Virus record (IMG/VR): IMGVR_UViG_3300042861_001913
Origin: a virus
Length of the DNA: 64,000 bases
Direction: 5' to 3' (one strand)
Part shown: positions 10,020 to 17,481 of the stretch, one piece after another
Layout: the number at the start of each line of letters is the position of its first letter
Numbering within the stretch: position 1 is the stretch's first letter
Position numbers and translations under genes: made by a program
Notes under the pieces: generated by a model
Database searches by the model: none
Told to the model about the DNA's origin: nothing
Seen by the model: only the letters and a program-made list of their open reading frames with translations

Positions 10020-10765
10020 AATCCAGCTTTCCTTACTTGAATATTATTGTTAATTAAATACTGTAATCCTTCTAACTTAGAGTGTTCATTGAAGTAAACA
10101 ACTCTTCTAATACCTTTATTTACAATTTCTCTAGCACAGTAAATACATGGAGAATAACTAATAAATAAATCATCTCCTGGTGTAGCTAATTGTAATCCTA
10201 TTTCTTCAGCATGATAATATTGACATCCAATAACTTCATTACAGTTAAGTTCAGTTCTTTTAACTACTCCATTACTACCTCGCCCAATAATATTACCATT
10301 ACTAACTAATACTGCACCAACTTGTAATTTACTACAAGCTGATTTAGATTCCGCAATTTTAAGTTGTTTAACTATATCACTAGTATGAACACCTGTAACT
10401 TCAGATAATAATAGTGCATTATTAACAACTCCTAACTTATTAAAGTTATAACTATCTTTAAATAACACAATGTATCTGTCACTATTTAAATACAAATTAA
10501 TGTCATTTAAATTAAAATGATTAACGTTATCTATAGTTACTAATAACTTCGGATATGTTAATTTAAACCATTCAATTAAATCATGTCTTCTCCAATCGTA
10601 AGAAAATAAGGGTCTGTTGATATCTTTATCTTCATTAAGTAATTCATCAGATTGCAATCTAAATATTACTTCAGTTGGATTAACTTCATTAATTGCTTTC
10701 ATTAAAAACAACTTATGATTATCATGTAATACATCAAATCCACCACCTGTTATAAGTGTAACCAT
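9998..10765 (-). CDS. cytidylyltransferase-like domain fused to dCMP deaminase
   Basis: N-terminal GGFDVLHDNH...GVHTSDIV matches the HxGH / ISTT-type nucleotidyltransferase fold. C-terminal HAEE...PCIYCA is the CMP/dCMP deaminase zinc motif. Confidence 0.65.
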   Translation of the reverse strand: MVTLITGGGFDVLHDNHKLFLMKAINEVNPTEVIFRLQSDELLNEDKDINRPLFSYDWRRHDLIEWFKLTYPKLLVTIDNVNHFNLNDINLYLNSDRYIVLFKDSYNFNKLGVVNNALLLSEVTGVHTSDIVKQLKIAESKSACSKLQVGAVLVSNGNIIGRGSNGVVKRTELNCNEVIGCQYYHAEEIGLQLATPGDDLFISYSPCIYCAREIVNKGIRRVVYFNEHSKLEGLQYLINNNIQVRKAGLCQNNNF

Positions 10766-10783
10766 ACTAACTCCTAAATAAAA

Positions 10784-10807
10784 GTGTTAGTTAATATTAA
10801 CTAACAC
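10784..10807 (-). terminator. perfect 24-nt palindromic hairpin with T-run
   Basis: GTGTTAGTTAATATTAACTAACAC, followed on the minus strand by TTTTATTT and then the AGGAG RBS. Confidence 0.55.
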
Positions 10808-10815
10808 TAAATATC

Positions 10816-11475
10816 TTATTTAATTAACTCTTGAAAGTCTACACTATCCCAGATTAATCTAGTAGTACCATAATAATAATCATAGTTATTACTATAGTAG
10901 TTAAACATCTTATTTAATAACTCACTATCTAACTCAGTTAAACCTAACTTAGTTAACGTAGAACGACATAACTTAGTTGCTCTAGTTACATCTTTCTGAT
11001 CATCTACAATTACTTCTACTTCACATAATCCACCGTAACCTGCATTAATATCAACACAGATATTAAACTTATCAGTCTTATATTCACGTCTACATCTACT
11101 CCATTTAGATTGATATGTTAAACCTAGACTTAATAGTATGTTATCTAACTCATGTAATGATTCACCTCTAATTAGTTCTTTCTCTACACGAACTACACCA
11201 TTATCAGCATCTTCAGTATTGTATTTGAAAATTAATAGTGTACCACCTTTATCGTCATATCTAGTTCTAATAGCTAACTTAGATGTAGTTAGTAATTCAT
11301 TCTTAAATGACAGATTTAGTTTATCTGCTAATTTAACAAGACTCTCCTCTGTGTAAGAAAAATAGTGGTTAAGTTGATTGCTATCTACAATATCTACATT
11401 TGGATATAACGTAATGATGCGAGATTTAAGATCATCAACATCACTAACTAATGCTTTAACTTCTACTTCAATCAT
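10816..11475 (-). CDS. CYTH-domain protein (triphosphate tunnel metalloenzyme)
   Basis: N-terminal MIEVEVK (ExExK) and later CEVEV acidic strands. Confidence 0.6.
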   Translation of the reverse strand: MIEVEVKALVSDVDDLKSRIITLYPNVDIVDSNQLNHYFSYTEESLVKLADKLNLSFKNELLTTSKLAIRTRYDDKGGTLLIFKYNTEDADNGVVRVEKELIRGESLHELDNILLSLGLTYQSKWSRCRREYKTDKFNICVDINAGYGGLCEVEVIVDDQKDVTRATKLCRSTLTKLGLTELDSELLNKMFNYYSNNYDYYYGTTRLIWDSVDFQELIK

Positions 11476-11478
11476 TTA

Positions 11479-12006
11479 TCAATTACCTATTACTTGTACT
11501 AAACCGCGATAACTTTGACGTGCATCATTAAGTGCATTATGAATTGGTAACTCATTCTCTAATCGCTCATAATAATCAGGTAAATTACGAGCTAATCTAA
11601 ATGAAGTTACATCTAATAATGGATATGGTGAAAATTCCATTATTGAGTCAAATTCAACCCATGTTTCCAGTGCTAATGTAATGAAGTTAGTTTCAACTGG
11701 AAATGGAACATCTGCAAATAACTTAATGTTAGGATATCTCTTATTTAAATCAATCCAATCATAGATAAAATCCCTAGTTAATTCTTCACTATTAGATTCA
11801 CCTAGATGTGGTGTTACATTAACTTCAATCCAATCTACATCTTTTTTCTTACCTACACGTTTAGCATACTTATAATTAGCTTCAGAATACTTGTATATTT
11901 CCTCAATTACATTACCATTACTATCTCCAATTACAATACCATAACTGAAGGCATCACCATATAAACCCATTGATTCAACATCTAATACCGCAACAATGTA
12001 ACTCAT
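11479..12006 (-). CDS. DEDDh 3'-5' exonuclease
   Basis: LDVES (DxE) and HNALNDA (Hx4D). Confidence 0.6.
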   Translation of the reverse strand: MSYIVAVLDVESMGLYGDAFSYGIVIGDSNGNVIEEIYKYSEANYKYAKRVGKKKDVDWIEVNVTPHLGESNSEELTRDFIYDWIDLNKRYPNIKLFADVPFPVETNFITLALETWVEFDSIMEFSPYPLLDVTSFRLARNLPDYYERLENELPIHNALNDARQSYRGLVQVIGN

Positions 12007-12008
12007 GT

Positions 12009-12251
12009 TTATTTACCTATGTTATCTCTTAATTGTTTACATTGCTTAGTGTAATAGTTATCTGGAAATACACAATTTTCTAATTTAAGATTAACTGTAT
12101 TAACTCTAACTCGACTAAACGTTAATGTAGTAACTACACCTAATATAAATAAGATAACTAATAATAAGTTATTAGGTGTAGTAGGTTTATTAATACTAAG
12201 CTTCTTAATAAACTTAAATGTAGATTCTAAATCATCATCTATTTTACTCAT
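12009..12251 (-). CDS. small membrane protein
   Basis: Single TM segment LLLVILFILGVVTTLTF. Confidence 0.5.
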   Translation of the reverse strand: MSKIDDDLESTFKFIKKLSINKPTTPNNLLLVILFILGVVTTLTFSRVRVNTVNLKLENCVFPDNYYTKQCKQLRDNIGK

Positions 12252-12807
12252 ACAAGTCCTCCACTATTTTTCTTACCTTATCACGTAATTCCTCTATTGT
12301 ACCACTATTATCAATATAATATTGAGTTGGTACGAATGACCAATCATCTAATTTAATGTCCAGGTCAGTTGATTTAGTTTCACCTCTCCCATCTATGTGA
12401 AGTAACACTAACTCATAATCTAGTAACTTCAATAACTCTAACTCCGTTTGGTTGCGACAATCAACTATAGCTACATTACCTATAATAGAGTTAATGACAT
12501 TCTTAGTTGCACCAGGAACTAGATAGTTACCACCTGGATAGAGTGACTTAAATACATGAAAGAAGTTGTACATTAAATCATTGTAGGTAAATGATTCTAA
12601 GTTACCTGTAACTGGATTAACTACAGGTTTAACTCTAAACTCCTTATCATCTAAACTACCTCTATCTAAACCTAACCAATCTTCTAATGGTGTTTTAAAT
12701 GCACGACTAAACTTAACTATAGTTAGAGGAACTAATTCACTCAGTAGTTCAGCTACTGTATCCTTACCTGCATCAGACTTATCAGACCAAACTATAAATA
12801 ACTTCAT
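12244..12807 (-). CDS. deoxynucleoside monophosphate kinase-like (T4 gp1 type)
   Basis: MKLFIVWSDKSDAGKDTVAELL resembles the gp1-type GKD P-loop N-terminus. Confidence 0.55.
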   Translation of the reverse strand: MKLFIVWSDKSDAGKDTVAELLSELVPLTIVKFSRAFKTPLEDWLGLDRGSLDDKEFRVKPVVNPVTGNLESFTYNDLMYNFFHVFKSLYPGGNYLVPGATKNVINSIIGNVAIVDCRNQTELELLKLLDYELVLLHIDGRGETKSTDLDIKLDDWSFVPTQYYIDNSGTIEELRDKVRKIVEDLYE

Positions 12808-12808
12808 T

Positions 12809-13894
12809 ATGCCAACTTTATTAGGACGTATTTTAATTAATCGTCAATTACCAAGCAAAGGTCAATTACTACAGGCTACAGCAAACAGAGCTAAATCTTT
12901 CATTAAAAATCCAATTAATACATTAAAAGAGGGATTAAATACTCATAAAACTGCTAATAATATCGCAAATAATCAAAGCACTATTATTGGTAGAACTTTA
13001 ATCAATCGTCAATTACCCGGTAAACGTGAGATACTTCAATCTGCGGGTAATGCAATTAAATCCGTTGTTAAAAATCCAATTCAAGCAGTTAAATCTGGAT
13101 TAGCTAGAGATAAATTAGCTGTTCAAAAATGGGGATATCATACTGGACAAACTCGCGGACAAACAGCTATTAACCTTGGTAAACATATAGCTAGTGGAGT
13201 TTATAAAGGTGGAGGTAAGGATATGCTAGTTAATACTGGTGGATTAATTGGCAGTATTAAGGGTGCAGCAATCGGCGGTAAAATAGGTTCACTAGCTGGA
13301 GATTGGGCTGGTGCAGCTACAGCACGTAAAGGGTTAGACGATCTTGAAGCTACTCGTAACGCATTTAAGATTCGCAATAACCCTAACTTTCAGAAACAAC
13401 CACTTAACGTTAAAGCTCGCATACTAGCTAAACGCGCATCTGGTTATGCTAAGGCGAATAAGAAGGGATTTAATAGCGAACTTAAACAAGATACTATTGG
13501 TTGGGGTATTGGTAATAGTTCAGCAGATGCACTAGGTAATGTTGCACCAGCAGTACCATTTAAAGGTGCAGCAGTAGCAATGGGAACAACTAAACCTGTA
13601 TATAAGGGTTTTCGTGTTGCTAAGAGAATAGCTACTACTAATACACCTAAGATTGGTAGAGTTAAAGCTCTACGTACTGGCATTACTAAGGGTGCTACAT
13701 CTACTGGTAGAACTCTTCGACGTAATCTAAATCCTGCTAGAGCAGTTAAAACAGGACTTAATAGAGAGAAGACTATGTATAACAGTGTTAATAATAGTCT
13801 ATCTAAATTACCTCGTGTTCCAGCAAGAGTTAGTTTCAATAACTCTTATTTATTATGTGACTTTAATGTATCTACTATTAAATATAGGAGATAG
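12809..13894 (+). CDS. strongly basic repeat/glycine-zipper protein, function unknown
   Basis: 361-codon + strand ORF with no competing minus-strand ORF. K/R/N/G/A-rich. Duplicated unit GR(I/T)LINRQLP...KNPI and GGLIGSIKGAAIGGKIGSLAG. Confidence 0.55.
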   Translation: MPTLLGRILINRQLPSKGQLLQATANRAKSFIKNPINTLKEGLNTHKTANNIANNQSTIIGRTLINRQLPGKREILQSAGNAIKSVVKNPIQAVKSGLARDKLAVQKWGYHTGQTRGQTAINLGKHIASGVYKGGGKDMLVNTGGLIGSIKGAAIGGKIGSLAGDWAGAATARKGLDDLEATRNAFKIRNNPNFQKQPLNVKARILAKRASGYAKANKKGFNSELKQDTIGWGIGNSSADALGNVAPAVPFKGAAVAMGTTKPVYKGFRVAKRIATTNTPKIGRVKALRTGITKGATSTGRTLRRNLNPARAVKTGLNREKTMYNSVNNSLSKLPRVPARVSFNNSYLLCDFNVSTIKYRR

Positions 13895-13976
13895 ATGATG
13901 ATAGGTGCTGCAATTAAAAACGTTAATATTACTGCAACACTATCAATACCTGGAATGTCATTAATTAATAACTCAA

Positions 13977-14162
13977 TTAGTTGTCGTCGCATGGGAACAC
14001 ATCCTTACAATAAGTCCAATTAAGTACATTTTGTTCAATAACTTCTAAATCAGAGTCTATCCATCTGTAATCTATATATTTAGCTAATAGATATATTTTC
14101 TTACCGCTTTCATATTCTATTTGAACTAAACATTCATCAGTTGTATCAGGTAACTTATTCAT
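13977..14162 (-). CDS. hypothetical protein
   Basis: Co-oriented, overlaps the next gene by 8 nt; no motif recognised. Confidence 0.45.
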   Translation of the reverse strand: MNKLPDTTDECLVQIEYESGKKIYLLAKYIDYRWIDSDLEVIEQNVLNWTYCKDVFPCDDN

Positions 14163-14748
14163 CTTGCACTAATCCTCTCTTAATTCCTTCAGTAATACAA
14201 TACTCAGTTATATAGCTGTATTCAGGTAACATCTCATCAATGTACACAGCTATCTTATTTCTAATTGATGAAGCACTAACTTGTTTCCACATCGGTGGAG
14301 CAGTACCATTAACTAGATGAGAATAGACCAGCATACTACCAGCTAATTTATCAATAGCTTTAGCATACTTAGCTTCAATAGTTAACTGGTTCTTAAATTC
14401 ATACCATAGATTAGAATACTCAGCTATGAGAGATGATTCAAGGTAAGAAAAAAGGTTGAGTGCCGCCAATTCCTCTTGAGTATCGTGTTCATCAGTATGG
14501 TCATCAAAGTTTACATCACCCGCATTTATTTCACCTAGATCGTGTACTAGACATAACTTAATGATGTGCAGTAGTTGATCATTAGTTACTCGGTCATCTA
14601 GCATAGTTACACACATCATAACCATAGTAAACGTATGTTCAGCTACATTCTCACGTCTACTACCAGTTACATTCATTATCTGACGTACTGTATCTACTGA
14701 TGCGGCGGATTTGAGGATGAAGTCAATTGTCATAAGTTCCTTTAACAT
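14155..14748 (-). CDS. HD-domain phosphohydrolase (YfbR-like 5'-deoxynucleotidase pattern)
   Basis: EHTFTM (His) and LVHDLGE (HD), followed by downstream Asp. Confidence 0.65.
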   Translation of the reverse strand: MLKELMTIDFILKSAASVDTVRQIMNVTGSRRENVAEHTFTMVMMCVTMLDDRVTNDQLLHIIKLCLVHDLGEINAGDVNFDDHTDEHDTQEELAALNLFSYLESSLIAEYSNLWYEFKNQLTIEAKYAKAIDKLAGSMLVYSHLVNGTAPPMWKQVSASSIRNKIAVYIDEMLPEYSYITEYCITEGIKRGLVQDE

Positions 14749-14834
14749 TACTTGTTATTTCTAACTATTTATGTTTATAATGAAAAAGACAGCGAGTAAA
14801 CTGTCTTATCATTTATATATTGAGTTGATTAACT

Positions 14835-15686
14835 ATGGACATTGTAACACCTGTTAAGTCTGATAATGGAATTACCTTTTATATTTCCAATGATGGTAAA
14901 CAAACAGGAATTAGTATATCAGGATTAGAACGGTTACTAGGGTTAAGTGAAAAGGGGAGTTTATTTTCTGGTAAGAATAAATTAATGGAAGATTGTCAAA
15001 ATGGGACTCCCCGCGAAACAATACCAGAATCTCTACAACCTATATGGGGTAAGGTTTTCAACACCTCCGCGCTAGGATCTGATAATGCAATGATTATCAC
15101 TGAAGAAGCTGCTGTAACAATTATTAGTTATTACGCAATTGAACGTAAAAATATAACAGCTACTAAGTCATTATTTCTTTTTGCTAAACAAGGTTTTAAT
15201 TGTTGGGTTAAAGAAATTACACATTTTACAGTAGAAGAACAAGACAATGAGATATTGCGTACTTTACGCAAACTAGATCAAAATTTAGAAATAGTTAAAA
15301 CTAAAGTAGAAAAACTAGAACGTCTTGATGGTATTACTGTAACTTTATATCCAGGAGCTAAACATATTAATGATGGATTAGCATCAACTAATCAATTAAT
15401 GCTAATAGATGATTGTCTTTATTCTGGTAAAGATTGGTTAACATCTAAAGGTGTTAAATTAACTAGAGGTGGTTATATTAGCTTTGGACATCTAGTAGCT
15501 CAAACCTATAAAACATTAACAGGTAAAAATCCTCAAATTAAATATGTTACTAAACCTCGCAAAAATAAACCTAATAAAACAGTTAAAGTTAAAGAAGGTT
15601 GGGGTTATCGTAATATTGACTTCTATATAATGGAAGCAGCTTATGAGAAGTTTAAAGATAAGATGTTTCCTAATATAGAAGATTAA
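14835..15686 (+). CDS. Bro/antirepressor-like paralogue (isolated + strand gene)
   Basis: The C-terminal LYPG...KGVKLT module is shared with 19892..20674 and 35280..36080. The gene has its own terminator. Confidence 0.5.
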   Translation: MDIVTPVKSDNGITFYISNDGKQTGISISGLERLLGLSEKGSLFSGKNKLMEDCQNGTPRETIPESLQPIWGKVFNTSALGSDNAMIITEEAAVTIISYYAIERKNITATKSLFLFAKQGFNCWVKEITHFTVEEQDNEILRTLRKLDQNLEIVKTKVEKLERLDGITVTLYPGAKHINDGLASTNQLMLIDDCLYSGKDWLTSKGVKLTRGGYISFGHLVAQTYKTLTGKNPQIKYVTKPRKNKPNKTVKVKEGWGYRNIDFYIMEAAYEKFKDKMFPNIED

Positions 15687-15696
15687 ATAACTTATT

Positions 15697-15727
15697 AAGA
15701 GGTGTTAATTACACCTCTTTTTTATTG
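15697..15727. terminator. bidirectional Rho-independent terminator between convergent genes
   Basis: AAGAGGTGT-taatt-ACACCTCTT followed by TTTTATT. Confidence 0.7.
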
Positions 15728-16396
15728 TTAGTTATTAAATAAGTAAACACATCTATCAGTACCAATCGCAACTTCTAGAACTTTATTATCTTCATAATCA
15801 GTTCTATTAGATATTGAACATATCTCCATGTTAGTTGCCGCATGAATTACATCAACTGTTCTAGTTGAATAACTTGGTAATCTATCACTATCTTCAGTTC
15901 TAGTTTCACCAAGTAACTTAGTTAATATACGTTGTATTGATGGTATAACTAACGTTGAATAATCCATCTTAGTATTAGATGAATAGATAATTTGAAACTC
16001 AAGTTGATAGAACTCTTTAAGTCTCATATTACTAACTGTTTTATCTTGTTCAATTCTAAATGACTTACCATGTTGCCATACAACTAGAGGTAATCTAACC
16101 TTACGTTTATTATGTGGATTTAATAAGTGTTCTGCATAGACATAACTACCCATTGTAGTTTCTGGACGTAGAGTTAAGTCATCTAATTGAAATACATCAT
16201 CGCTAGTATAGTTAGCGTTAATTAAATTAGATGGAGTTAATAATGGTGCTTCAACTTGAATTAACTCAAATGCACTATTGGCGGATTTAAGTGTTGTAGT
16301 TAACTCACTTACAATTAGATTCTTAATACTATCGCGTAATAGTATCTCTTCTTGTGACCAGAACATTAAACCATTGACATTATATAGATTCTGCAT
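15728..16396 (-). CDS. minimal class IIa aminoacyl-tRNA synthetase-like catalytic core (GlyRS/HisRS-like), no anticodon-binding domain
   Basis: Motif 1-like ELIQVEAPLLTP, motif 2 LRPETTMG...GKSFRIE...RLKEFYQLEFQ, and motif 3-like AIGTDRCVY. Only 222 aa. Confidence 0.55.
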   Translation of the reverse strand: MQNLYNVNGLMFWSQEEILLRDSIKNLIVSELTTTLKSANSAFELIQVEAPLLTPSNLINANYTSDDVFQLDDLTLRPETTMGSYVYAEHLLNPHNKRKVRLPLVVWQHGKSFRIEQDKTVSNMRLKEFYQLEFQIIYSSNTKMDYSTLVIPSIQRILTKLLGETRTEDSDRLPSYSTRTVDVIHAATNMEICSISNRTDYEDNKVLEVAIGTDRCVYLFNN

Positions 16397-16397
16397 A

Positions 16398-16781
16398 TTA
16401 ATTCTGTATTAACTCTACTAATTGGTGGAAATATTCAACTTGCATAAATAATGTAACAGTTAATTCATAACACTTACCCCACAGTTGACGTGATTTAGTG
16501 TCATCTTCTAATCCATATTGAGTTAGTAGTTCAATATAAGCTAACTCTTCTTTATCAATTAATGTAGGTATATTAAATTCGCGCATTTCAAATACACTAG
16601 TTTTTCTTACCTGTTTATCTTTATCAAATAACCATTCAACACGAACAAACTCTTTATCTGCTATTAATACATCTGCTTCTACAACATTGTATTTTTCATA
16701 GCGAGTAATCTGTTCAGCGTTCAATTCAATTTGATATAGTTTACCTTCGTATTCAAATGTTAAGTTCATATAATTCTCCAA
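16398..16781 (-). CDS. hypothetical protein
   Basis: Co-oriented, tightly packed ORF; no motif recognised. Confidence 0.55.
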   Translation of the reverse strand: MENYMNLTFEYEGKLYQIELNAEQITRYEKYNVVEADVLIADKEFVRVEWLFDKDKQVRKTSVFEMREFNIPTLIDKEELAYIELLTQYGLEDDTKSRQLWGKCYELTVTLFMQVEYFHQLVELIQN

Positions 16782-16827
16782 TTGTGTAAGGTGGCAACAA
16801 CTATTATGTTATTAACCACCTGATTGT

Positions 16828-17481
16828 TTATTTGACTATTTGACCTTGCCAGTATTCTTGACTATCGTAATCACTAGATAACAGTGATTCCATTCTAGTA
16901 GTTAACCAGATAAATGTAGATAATCTATTAAGGAAACCGCCGTAAGCGTTAATTGCAATAATAACTTGTTGTGCATGAATTGGATCATCAACTAACAACT
17001 CCATTAAATTATTAACTACTAACTCATGATTACGCCACGTAGTGAATGCACGTTCTACATCACGTATTCTAATTCTAATTGCATCTAACTTAATGTATTT
17101 AATCTTATTGTGAATAATGAAATCAGATGCTTCTCCTATTTGTTTATCTAACTTAAGTTCATTAACTAACGATTCTAATTCATCATTAAATTCAATAGAT
17201 AAGTTGTGTTTAGTAGAATCACCTTTCATAAAACAGAAACTACTAATACTAAAGCTATTAACTTTAAGCCAGTTGAGTTGTTCAAATAGCTTATTGTATT
17301 TAATATCAAAGGTATTTAATACTTCAGTTATTAAATTATTAAGATGTTCAATTTCACTGTAGATTAAACAACTTGGATCATCTTTACGAACAATATGACC
17401 ATTCATTAAAGGAGATAAACCACGATCTCCATGTCCGTTTTTATATGTGGCAGTTATACGTTTATTCATCTTATCGGACAA
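16828..17481 (-). CDS. PduO-type ATP:cob(I)alamin adenosyltransferase-like protein
   Basis: KNGHGDRGLSPLMNGHIVRKDDPSCLIYSEIEHLNNL parallels TxxGDxGxTxL...R(V)xKDDxR(I)EAYGxxDELN. A later FIIH...IRIRDVER parallels F(I)LPGG...RTVCRRAER. Overlaps nrdJ. Confidence 0.4.
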   Translation of the reverse strand: MSDKMNKRITATYKNGHGDRGLSPLMNGHIVRKDDPSCLIYSEIEHLNNLITEVLNTFDIKYNKLFEQLNWLKVNSFSISSFCFMKGDSTKHNLSIEFNDELESLVNELKLDKQIGEASDFIIHNKIKYIKLDAIRIRIRDVERAFTTWRNHELVVNNLMELLVDDPIHAQQVIIAINAYGGFLNRLSTFIWLTTRMESLLSSDYDSQEYWQGQIVK

